From a virus, in the IMG/VR virus record IMGVR_UViG_3300007609_000008, positions 32,001 to 96,000 of that record: 64,000 bases of DNA; one strand, written 5' to 3'. The notes beneath the pieces were generated by a model that did no database searches, had not been told where the DNA came from, and saw nothing but the letters and a program-made list of their open reading frames with translations. Made by a program: the position numbers and the translations under genes. Below, piece by piece: positions 1-6,990 of this stretch (positions are counted from its first letter, which is position 1; every line of letters begins with the position of its first letter).

Positions 1-2
1 GC

Positions 3-266
3 CATACCCTAAGCTCAGATGGTCGTCTGGAGACCATCACTAAGGAATTCCGTACAGTGGAAAAGTTTACGGAAACCACACTCGGTACGGTTCTAGTCGG
101 ACAGTCCTTCCTTAAGTATGACCTGCTCGCTAGGAATGTGGCCAAGTATGAGAAGCTGCCCCTATCGTCAAAGGTCAAGGTAGGATTCAATGGTAAACAG
201 AAGGAAATCCACTTCGACGGCAAGCGATTTGTCCAGATTGGTACTGATTACCATGGGGAAGTGTAA
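3..266 (+). CDS. hypothetical protein, 5' partial
   Basis: Frame is open from base 3 (HTLSSDGRLETITKEFRTVEKF...) to TAA 264-266; codon style matches neighbouring early genes. Confidence 0.7.
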   Translation, partial: HTLSSDGRLETITKEFRTVEKFTETTLGTVLVGQSFLKYDLLARNVAKYEKLPLSSKVKVGFNGKQKEIHFDGKRFVQIGTDYHGEV

Positions 267-283
267 AAAAGTTAAAAAAAGGG

Positions 284-312
284 TTGACAAATAGGAAAAA
301 GCCTGTCATAAT
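284..312 (+). promoter_or_regulatory. sigma70-type early promoter cassette 1
   Basis: TTGACA 284-289, 17 bp, CATAAT 307-312; A-tract upstream; GAGGA RBS before ATG 348. Confidence 0.85.
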
Positions 313-347
313 AGCTCTACAAACTGAAAAAAACGAGGAAAATCATC

Positions 348-713
348 ATGGCATATGTATCACAAGCGGACAAAAAAGCACTGGCTCCTGAAATCAAGCG
401 AGTCCTCAATAAGTACGGCATGAAAGGTACCCTAGCAGTCCGCAACCACATGACCCTAGTCTGTAATATCAAGTCTGGCAAGCTGGATTTCACTGAAGGC
501 ACTCACGGTGACGGCTACACTCAGGTAAATCCTTATTGGATCGACCGTACTTACACTGGTGAGAAGGAAGCCTTCCTCACTGAGCTCCTAGGAGCGATGA
601 AAGGTCCAGACTTCTATGATCGCTCGGATGTTATGACCGATTATTTCGATATTTCCCATTATACTGATATTAATATCGGCGACTGGAACAAGCCTTACAC
701 CAAAGTTTCATAG
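348..713 (+). CDS. conserved phage early protein, possibly LPD25/LPD29-like
   Basis: 121 aa with own promoter and RBS; C-terminal RSDVMTDYFDISHY resembles the D-x-MTDYF motif recalled for these domains. Confidence 0.6.
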   Translation: MAYVSQADKKALAPEIKRVLNKYGMKGTLAVRNHMTLVCNIKSGKLDFTEGTHGDGYTQVNPYWIDRTYTGEKEAFLTELLGAMKGPDFYDRSDVMTDYFDISHYTDINIGDWNKPYTKVS

Positions 714-785
714 TTTCCTCTGGGGGGAGTGGTTACCCCCCAAACTCTCGGGCAGGGTTACTCCTTTTCTCCCTGCCCACTTTAT

Positions 786-810
786 AGCCCCCGTTTTGGG
801 GGCTTTTTTT
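786..810 (+). terminator. intrinsic terminator, last of three tandem hairpins
   Basis: AGCCCCC stem pairing with GGGGGCT, followed by a T run. Confidence 0.85.
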
Positions 811-815
811 GTCTA

Positions 816-888
816 TAAACCCTTGATTTTGAACTAAAAAACATCTTTTTTTAACTTTTTTTAAAAGGTTTTGTAAATCAAGGGGTTA
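816..888. repeat. inverted repeat of the AAATCAAG-NNN-TTA motif
   Basis: TAAACCCTTGATTT (816-829) faces AAATCAAGGGGTTA (875-888) across an A/T-tract spacer. Confidence 0.75.
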
Positions 889-913
889 GCACCAGTAAAA
901 AAGTAGAAAAAGG

Positions 914-941
914 TTGACAAAACCGAAAAACCATGTATAAT
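914..941 (+). promoter_or_regulatory. sigma70-type early promoter cassette 2
   Basis: TTGACA 914-919, 16 bp, TATAAT 936-941. Confidence 0.85.
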
Positions 942-975
942 GTAACCATAAACTGAAAAAAACGAGGAAATAACC

Positions 976-1266
976 ATGATCGTATATAAAATCCCAAGTG
1001 AAACCACAGCCATCCGCTATAAAAAGGTAGTAAATGCCAGGGGCAAATATGCATTCGGTGGATTAAAGCGGGCAGGGTCGAAGGAATCCTATAACATAGA
1101 TCAGGCCATCGCCATTCTGAATAGGTACTCTGGTAAGGCAATCCCACGAGAGAAGCTCCTTCAGGCCTTCTCCAAGAAGTTTAATGCCACCGAGGCATCC
1201 AAGAATATCAAGGCAGCCTATATGACCTTGTGGTTCACCAAGAACAAATTAATTAAGGAAATATAA
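976..1266 (+). CDS. hypothetical basic early protein
   Basis: 96 aa ORF with promoter cassette and GAGGA RBS. Confidence 0.8.
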   Translation: MIVYKIPSETTAIRYKKVVNARGKYAFGGLKRAGSKESYNIDQAIAILNRYSGKAIPREKLLQAFSKKFNATEASKNIKAAYMTLWFTKNKLIKEI

Positions 1267-1274
1267 AAAAAAGG

Positions 1275-1302
1275 TTGACAAATCGGATTTTTAGTGTATA
1301 AT
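1275..1302 (+). promoter_or_regulatory. sigma70-type early promoter cassette 3
   Basis: TTGACA 1275-1280, 16 bp, TATAAT 1297-1302. Confidence 0.85.
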
Positions 1303-1334
1303 GTAACCACAAATCAGAGAAAAAGGAAATAATC

Positions 1335-1526
1335 ATGACCAAGACTAACCACAGAGAAATGGCAGATAAGCTAATCCAAGAATTCCTAAAGAATGGCGGT
1401 ACTATCACCAAGGTACCAGCTAAGCCAGTACGGGTACGCCATATTGCCGGGCTCAAGTGGGCAAGTATCGCTCACACAGGCCGTAAGCAAATCACCGTGG
1501 CCAGAATGTTATCTCAGGGAGTGTAA
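1335..1526 (+). CDS. small conserved phage protein
   Basis: 63 aa; IQEFLKNGGTITKVP is a motif type common in small phage proteins; AGGA RBS. Confidence 0.8.
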   Translation: MTKTNHREMADKLIQEFLKNGGTITKVPAKPVRVRHIAGLKWASIAHTGRKQITVARMLSQGV

Positions 1527-1534
1527 AAAAAGGG

Positions 1535-1562
1535 TTGACAAATCCAAAAAACCCTGTATAAT
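1535..1562 (+). promoter_or_regulatory. sigma70-type early promoter cassette 4
   Basis: TTGACA 1535-1540, 16 bp, TATAAT 1557-1562; 38 bp identical to cassette 3. Confidence 0.85.
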
Positions 1563-1594
1563 GTAACCACAAATCAGAGAAAAAGGAAATAACC

Positions 1595-2296
1595 ATGAAA
1601 TACCTATCTATCGGTTCAAACGCTAAGACAATCAAGTCGGACAAGGGCGGCGAGTACCTAACCGCTATCATGTACATGGCTCCAGCAGATACAGTGGACG
1701 GTATCAACGTCTGCCCTACGGCTGAATTAGCTGGTTGTAAGTCTGCCTGCCTATACAAGGCTGGCATGGGCTCATTTTCGAACGTCCAGAAAGCCCGTAT
1801 GGCCAAGACTATCGCATTCCGTGACAATCCAGTGGCTTTCGTGGACCAGCTGGCAGATGATATCCAAAAAGGTATCAAAAAAGCCACCAAGAAGGGTGTC
1901 CAGCTAGTCGTCCGTCTCAATGGCACCTCAGATATCGCTTGGGAGAACCAGAAAGGCTCAAATGGCCTAAACCTCATGGACACCTTCCCTGATACCCAAT
2001 TCTATGACTACACCAAACTCCCTGGCCGTAAAGTGCCAGCCAACTACCACCTCACTGTATCTTACTCAGAGGCCAACCTAGCCTACGCTTCTAAGGCTAA
2101 CCGTACCACTCACAACCTAGCAGTGGTATTCCGCAAGGATCTCCCAGAAGTCTTCCTAGGACGTAAGGTTATCAATGGCGACAAGGACGACCTTCGCTTC
2201 CTAGATCTGGCCAACGTGGTCGTCGGTCTAATCGCTAAGGGCCCAGCCAAGAAGGATACCTCTGGCTTCGTAATCGACGGTCACGCAAGTATCTGA
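1595..2296 (+). CDS. GP88-family Cys-cluster (radical SAM-like) protein
   Basis: CPTAELAGCKSACLY Cys triad, VRLNGTSDI and FYDYTK motifs as recalled for the gene-product-88 family. Confidence 0.75.
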   Translation: MKYLSIGSNAKTIKSDKGGEYLTAIMYMAPADTVDGINVCPTAELAGCKSACLYKAGMGSFSNVQKARMAKTIAFRDNPVAFVDQLADDIQKGIKKATKKGVQLVVRLNGTSDIAWENQKGSNGLNLMDTFPDTQFYDYTKLPGRKVPANYHLTVSYSEANLAYASKANRTTHNLAVVFRKDLPEVFLGRKVINGDKDDLRFLDLANVVVGLIAKGPAKKDTSGFVIDGHASI

Positions 2297-2327
2297 TTCC
2301 ATTAAGGTAAATAATTACAAAAAAGGG

Positions 2328-2356
2328 TTGACAAATACCAAAACCCTGTGTATAAT
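2328..2356 (+). promoter_or_regulatory. sigma70-type early promoter cassette 5
   Basis: TTGACA 2328-2333, 17 bp, TATAAT 2351-2356. Confidence 0.88.
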
Positions 2357-2388
2357 GTACTTACAAACTGAAAAAAAGAGGAAAAACC

Positions 2389-2604
2389 ATGCAACCAATA
2401 ACTAAGCAATTCGTCAAAATGTATAACGAGGCAGATATCATGGCCTCACGCTCTAATCAGATGATCGCTTGGATGATCGAAACCCTAGAGCAACAATCGG
2501 CTGAAGGCAACCTAGATCGTAACGGTCAGGTACACCTAGCCCTAGGTAAAGAGTTTAAGGAAGAGCTTGAGGCTTATCTAGCCAAGCCCATCGGAGGAGA
2601 ATAA
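2389..2604 (+). CDS. hypothetical protein
   Basis: 71 aa ORF with promoter cassette and GAGGA RBS. Confidence 0.8.
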   Translation: MQPITKQFVKMYNEADIMASRSNQMIAWMIETLEQQSAEGNLDRNGQVHLALGKEFKEELEAYLAKPIGGE

Positions 2605-2605
2605 G

Positions 2606-2695
2606 ATGATGGCAATCCTTAAGGAACTCCTAATCTGTACCGCAGTCGGCCTAGCTCTAGCTCTCCTATTAGGCTGGCAGCTCCTCCTAGCTTAG
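2606..2695 (+). CDS. 29-aa hydrophobic membrane peptide (not in ORF track)
   Basis: MMAILKELLICTAVGLALALLLGWQLLLA*; GGAGGAGA RBS just upstream. Confidence 0.6.
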   Translation: MMAILKELLICTAVGLALALLLGWQLLLA

Positions 2696-2910
2696 ACCAG
2701 AGAGCGTCCCTAAATCCCAGAATCCGAGGTAGGGTTTTGGTACCAGGGACGCTTCTATATAACGGTATATACCCACCAGCCATGTTTCAAGGTCACAGGG
2801 TTCCTTCACAGAGATTCCCTATATAAAAAAATTGCAGAAAATTTTTCGCAGCCAAAAAAGTCGGCACAGAACTCGGCAACCAACGGCGGGCAAAAAAGAG
2901 CAAATAATGG

Positions 2911-2939
2911 TTGACAGCCCAGTACAACCCTGTTATAAT
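2911..2939 (+). promoter_or_regulatory. sigma70 promoter with extended -10
   Basis: TTGACA 2911-2916, 17 bp, TGtTATAAT ending 2939. Confidence 0.8.
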
Positions 2940-2996
2940 TGGACATGTCCCCTTTAAGAATAGATCTATTGGAGTGTATTAGATCTATAATAACGC

Positions 2997-3025
2997 TTGA
3001 CAATACCCCAAGAATTTTGTATAAT
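2997..3025 (+). promoter_or_regulatory. sigma70 promoter, tandem with the previous one
   Basis: TTGACA 2997-3002, 17 bp, TATAAT 3020-3025. Confidence 0.8.
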
Positions 3026-3056
3026 GTCTATACACAATGAGAAATGGAGAACAGCA

Positions 3057-4580
3057 ATGTCAGCAATGGCTACAGAGAATTATGAGAATCCTGAGAATCC
3101 CGATATTACGACTGTTAAGACATGGAAAAGAGGCATGAGTTCCGTTAAACTGAAAGCAGAGAAAAAGGCAACTACAACACTCACTGAGGCTATTGATGCA
3201 CTTAAGCCTATGCCTAAATTCACTAAGGTTAATATGTCTATTGCTGAGTTTGTTAATGATCTGTTACCCGATACAGACTGCAACCCTATTGGACAGCGTC
3301 CCCCTATTTCTTCAGATACAGACAATGAGAAGTCGAGAGGCATTGTTGATTCTATCATGAAGAACTATGATATTGGCTTAATTACGCTTGTCGATGTAAA
3401 AGACGTAGATAAGACACCTTACAAGTGGGAGTCTGTAGACGGTGGTCATCGCAAGCGTAGTATTAGAGACTTCCTGAATAATCTTGTTAAATGGAATGGT
3501 AGATACTATTCTCAATTGTCTAAAGCAGAACAGAATCACTTTAAGTCTTATCCCTTGTCATTTACTCTTTATGAGAATATGCCTGCATACATCATAGGCG
3601 ATATCTTCCGCACTACTAATAAGACTACTGATGTAAATGATCAAGAGACTTTGAACTCTTACGGCGATCACCCTGTTGCGAATGCGATTAGGGAAACAGT
3701 CCGAATGGTTGCAAGCAGCAACGGCAAGGCTACCGTGATCCATGATCTCTTTGAGGTTTCTGTTGGGGGCCGTTTCAGATGGATCAGCGGCGATAATCTG
3801 CGGCTACGCCAAGAGGAGTTTGTGGCTCGTATCTACTACTCTTTCTATGAGAAGGGCAATAATGCTACGCTAGGGTCAAGAACATCTAAGCAGATAGCGC
3901 ATCTGTATAATGATCCCTCTGTTAATATAAAGCAGTTGAAGAAGAAAGTTGATAAGTGTTTGGACTTCTTGTTTGAGATGGCTAAAGTACGAAAGCAGAC
4001 AGTGGGTGACGGACTGGGTAACAGCGAGAAGAATGCGTTGCTGAATCTGTACTTGTATCTGTCGGACAGCTATAACAGCGACCTAGAATGTAATGACTAT
4101 GTGAGCTGGTACAAAGCGTTTTCAGTTGTCTATAACGACCTGTCTAGAGATCCAAAAGGCATTTGGTCAGAAGTGCCTGATCTAGATTTTGAGTCTAAAG
4201 ATTCTACAATCTCTCAGTTGTTCAAAGACTATTGTCGCAACCATGATAACAAAGACAAGCTAACACAGTCTGTTATCTGGATGACGCAACACGAGAAGTG
4301 GTCACTTGTTAATGAATACACCTTGTTTAAAGATCGTAATCGTTCTTTTCCTAAGTGGATGAAAGAAGTCAAGCTCCAAGAACAAGGTTATGTCTGTGCG
4401 ATTGACGGACTACCGTTAGACTGGAAAGACGCAGAAGCTGGACACATTATTGCTCATGTTAAGGGTGGTCCTACAGTGTACGACAATCTCGCTATGATTC
4501 GCAAGTCTCATAATCGTGACATGGGTACAATGGACGTCAATGAGTATCTTGAACACTACAACAAGACAAAGGCAGCGTAA
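3057..4580 (+). CDS. GmrSD-like DUF262 (ParB-like) plus C-terminal HNH nuclease
   Basis: ESVDGGHRKRSI resembles the DUF262 DGQQR motif; the C-terminus (CAIDG...GHIIAHVKGGPTVYDNLAMIRKSHN) is HNH-like; start set at ATG 3057 after GGAGA RBS. Confidence 0.75.
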   Translation: MSAMATENYENPENPDITTVKTWKRGMSSVKLKAEKKATTTLTEAIDALKPMPKFTKVNMSIAEFVNDLLPDTDCNPIGQRPPISSDTDNEKSRGIVDSIMKNYDIGLITLVDVKDVDKTPYKWESVDGGHRKRSIRDFLNNLVKWNGRYYSQLSKAEQNHFKSYPLSFTLYENMPAYIIGDIFRTTNKTTDVNDQETLNSYGDHPVANAIRETVRMVASSNGKATVIHDLFEVSVGGRFRWISGDNLRLRQEEFVARIYYSFYEKGNNATLGSRTSKQIAHLYNDPSVNIKQLKKKVDKCLDFLFEMAKVRKQTVGDGLGNSEKNALLNLYLYLSDSYNSDLECNDYVSWYKAFSVVYNDLSRDPKGIWSEVPDLDFESKDSTISQLFKDYCRNHDNKDKLTQSVIWMTQHEKWSLVNEYTLFKDRNRSFPKWMKEVKLQEQGYVCAIDGLPLDWKDAEAGHIIAHVKGGPTVYDNLAMIRKSHNRDMGTMDVNEYLEHYNKTKAA

Positions 4581-4741
4581 TGGAAAGAGAAACACTAGAG
4601 TTAGTGATCGGGTCGTTTGCCTTGCTGTCATTCTGTTATATGGGATTTGCTCTCACACTGTATTACAAAGCAAGTAAGCCTACAAAGCGAAGAGTGTACG
4701 ATAAGCACAGTGTTAAGTATCGTGACGGGGACAATACCTAA
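4580..4741 (+). CDS. 53-aa single-TM protein (not in ORF track)
   Basis: MERETLELVIGSFALLSFCYMGFALTLYYK...KYRDGDNT*; TAATG overlaps at both ends. Confidence 0.7.
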   Translation: MERETLELVIGSFALLSFCYMGFALTLYYKASKPTKRRVYDKHSVKYRDGDNT

Positions 4742-5061
4742 TGAATGAATATAACCCAGACAATTGGGTCGTTCTGAAAATTGTTAATGAAGGCGAGACA
4801 CTCTATAAAGTGCTTGCTGGATGGAGCGGTGGCTATCTAGACGGCGATTCTTGGCGATTGAACTCAGGTATCACCGAAGTCAAAGGCGACAGTGATGGCA
4901 GCCTATTCTTCTACGGTCATTCAGGCAGTTGCTATACATGTCACCCAGAAAGATATCGCTTGACAATGGCTATTGCTGGAGTGTATAATCAGCTTAAAGA
5001 AAAGTTTGGTGATGCAATTGAAATGATGCCAGAAGACACTGATTGGAGGGAGATTGTGTGA
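4741..5061 (+). CDS. conserved phage hypothetical protein
   Basis: YKVLAGWSGGYLDGDSWRLNSGI motif, a family recalled from T4-like phages. Confidence 0.8.
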   Translation: MNEYNPDNWVVLKIVNEGETLYKVLAGWSGGYLDGDSWRLNSGITEVKGDSDGSLFFYGHSGSCYTCHPERYRLTMAIAGVYNQLKEKFGDAIEMMPEDTDWREIV

Positions 5062-5357
5062 TGAGTGATAAAGAAGAGTTGTTTGAGGCACTCAGAGAGA
5101 TCAGAGAATCACAACGGCAAGCAAAGGCAGAATATGAAACCAAGAACGATGCTTGGTGGAACGGTCTAACAGAAGAAGAGCGTGAAGATGCGTTCTATGC
5201 TGTGTGCAAACGTATACACAAAGCAGAGTTTGTAGATCAGGCTTCTTATCGTGGAACATTGTATGATGTGTTTGGTTTTGATGAGAGTATGTATGGTCGT
5301 GGTATAGACTGTGGGTATGGAGATATCCATAACTCTATCTTTTTACTTGAGGAGTAA
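5061..5357 (+). CDS. hypothetical protein
   Basis: ATG 5061 overlaps the upstream stop; 98 aa. Confidence 0.75.
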   Translation: MSDKEELFEALREIRESQRQAKAEYETKNDAWWNGLTEEEREDAFYAVCKRIHKAEFVDQASYRGTLYDVFGFDESMYGRGIDCGYGDIHNSIFLLEE

Positions 5358-5363
5358 TTTATT

Positions 5364-5600
5364 ATGAATTGGCATTATGCAGCAAAGAAGTTCAGTTCCG
5401 AAATTGAAGAATGGTACGGTCTTGTTGAAGTCTTTGATGAAGACATGCACACAGAGAATGAAGTCACTGTCAATGGAGCTTCTCCAGAAGAGTTAGCTAT
5501 GTGGCTACGACAAGCAGCAGATGATGTTGAAAAGTATGGTGTTGTAAATGATACTGATGATGGAAAGAAAATGTGTGACAAGCCATTATTGGAGAAGTAA
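5364..5600 (+). CDS. hypothetical acidic protein
   Basis: 78 aa; GAGGAG RBS. Confidence 0.7.
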   Translation: MNWHYAAKKFSSEIEEWYGLVEVFDEDMHTENEVTVNGASPEELAMWLRQAADDVEKYGVVNDTDDGKKMCDKPLLEK

Positions 5601-5601
5601 T

Positions 5602-5832
5602 ATGACCATGCCAACAGAAAGAACACAAGCAGTATTACGAGTGGAACGATTTCTGCTGGATCTGCGTAACCCCAAGAAATATCCCCGTATTCCCAAAGCA
5701 GTGCGTGAAGAAGCCAGTCGATTGTTGAAACACTATCCGTCACAGTACGATATGATGTACATCGATGAAAGTTTTGAGCCGTTGGAGGCAATAGATTATG
5801 AACGAGACCTTGTTGGAAGAGGTGGGCAATGA
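5602..5832 (+). CDS. BPSL0761-family-like protein
   Basis: MTMPTERTQAV...FLLDL.NPKKYPRIPKAVREEASRLLKHYP as recalled for this family; GGAGA RBS before ATG 5602. Confidence 0.7.
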   Translation: MTMPTERTQAVLRVERFLLDLRNPKKYPRIPKAVREEASRLLKHYPSQYDMMYIDESFEPLEAIDYERDLVGRGGQ

Positions 5833-5854
5833 AGAAACGATTGGTTAGACACTC

Positions 5855-6103
5855 TTGAAACTGATGATGATTAATTCAAAGACTATAAGTATCACTAAGT
5901 GGTTAGCTACGATTCTAGTGATTACGGCGACTGCCTTTAACAGTTTGGGCTACTACCCAATAGGACCTATCATTAATGCGTTTGCTGGTCTGCTATGGTG
6001 TGCAGTATCAATAGCGTGGAACGACAAGGCATTAATGGTAACGAATTTTACGATAACTTTTGTTTGTATTGCCGGGTTGGCATTTAATTTTGGAGCATTG
6101 TGA
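5855..6103 (+). CDS. small multi-pass membrane protein
   Basis: Three hydrophobic segments in ~80 aa; start uncertain (5855-5867). Confidence 0.7.
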   Translation: MKLMMINSKTISITKWLATILVITATAFNSLGYYPIGPIINAFAGLLWCAVSIAWNDKALMVTNFTITFVCIAGLAFNFGAL

Positions 6104-6306
6104 TGGAATCAGTAGTAGAGGCACTTCGTGAAAAGACAGTTGGCTTTCAGCCGCATACGTATTATCTGAACGGTGCTGGTAAGTGTGTAGCGTATAAGAA
6201 GAACGGCGAAGACAGTGTTAAGGTCTTTATCAAGCCTTTGTCGTTTAGTAAGAGTTATCGTAAGTTTGAGAAATTACCCGTTGATGAACAAGGAATAGTA
6301 CTATGA
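6100..6306 (+). CDS. hypothetical protein
   Basis: 68 aa; coupled overlaps on both sides. Confidence 0.7.
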   Translation: MMESVVEALREKTVGFQPHTYYLNGAGKCVAYKKNGEDSVKVFIKPLSFSKSYRKFEKLPVDEQGIVL

Positions 6307-6437
6307 GCGATGAAGATTTCAGTAAAGTAGAATTACGCCACGATGAAGGCAAGGCAGTCATGGGCGTTGTAGCTCTTTGTGTGACTATCGTAGGAACGTT
6401 TTGTTTCTTTGCACTTAAAGCTGTAGGAGTGCTATAA
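6303..6437 (+). CDS. 44-aa single-TM peptide (not in ORF track)
   Basis: MSDEDFSKVELRHDEGKAVMGVVALCVTIVGTFCFFALKAVGVL*; ATGA overlap. Confidence 0.65.
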   Translation: MSDEDFSKVELRHDEGKAVMGVVALCVTIVGTFCFFALKAVGVL

Positions 6438-6445
6438 TACTGTTA

Positions 6446-6464
6446 GGATGGCCAATGGCCATCC
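6446..6464. terminator. hairpin between convergent transcription units
   Basis: GGATGGCC-AAT-GGCCATCC perfect stem; no strong U tract. Confidence 0.55.
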
Positions 6465-6473
6465 ATTTACAGC

Positions 6474-6977
6474 TTATTCAGAATCGTTGAGCGGGTTGTC
6501 TAAGATTCGCTCAATCTTTTCCTCTATCTCGTCACGCATTTCACGTAACTCTTCGTCTAACTCTCTTAGACGGTCATTCAAAGATGTTTCCATAGCGTAC
6601 ACATCGTTACGCAAATCTCTCTGAGTCTCGTTTGTAGACTCATCAATAGTACGGACAAAAGTATCAACCTCATCTGCGTCTTCACGCACACGGTCTAAGT
6701 CTTCACGCATACTTTCGAGTAGAGTCGTTACAGTTTCAAACTGCTGACCAACATCTTCTTGTAGTGAAGCTACTGTTTCTGCTTGTACGGCTAACTGCTG
6801 ATTGATACCAGACATGTCAGGTGCGACATATTCTGTCACTGCTTGTTCTGCATCAAGCAACCGCTGATACAATTCAAAGCCGCCCCATAAGCCGCCAATG
6901 ATTGTACCGAGTAATGGAATGAGCACAAGTGCTTTACCACCTGATACTTTCATTTCTCCTATTTCTACCTCAGCCAT
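6474..6977 (-). CDS. membrane-anchored coiled-coil protein
   Basis: N-terminal TM segment (ALVLIPLLGTIIGGLWGGF) then an acidic heptad-rich tail; AAGGAG RBS. Confidence 0.8.
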   Translation of the reverse strand: MAEVEIGEMKVSGGKALVLIPLLGTIIGGLWGGFELYQRLLDAEQAVTEYVAPDMSGINQQLAVQAETVASLQEDVGQQFETVTTLLESMREDLDRVREDADEVDTFVRTIDESTNETQRDLRNDVYAMETSLNDRLRELDEELREMRDEIEEKIERILDNPLNDSE

Positions 6978-6990
6978 TTATTTTCTCCTT

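Noticed and set aside
679-720. Minus-strand GAGGA-ATG mini-ORF (MKLWCKACSSRRY)
   Set aside because: Only 13 codons, antisense to a real gene, with no promoter; the same bases are treated as the anti-SD element instead.
2997-3056. ORF-track start at TTG 2997 for the DUF262-HNH gene
   Set aside because: That TTG is the -35 box of a promoter; ATG 3057 has a GGAGA RBS.
4380-4580. HNH motif as a free-standing homing endonuclease or intron ORF
   Set aside because: It is fused in frame to a DUF262-like domain, and no interrupted gene or intron structure flanks it.
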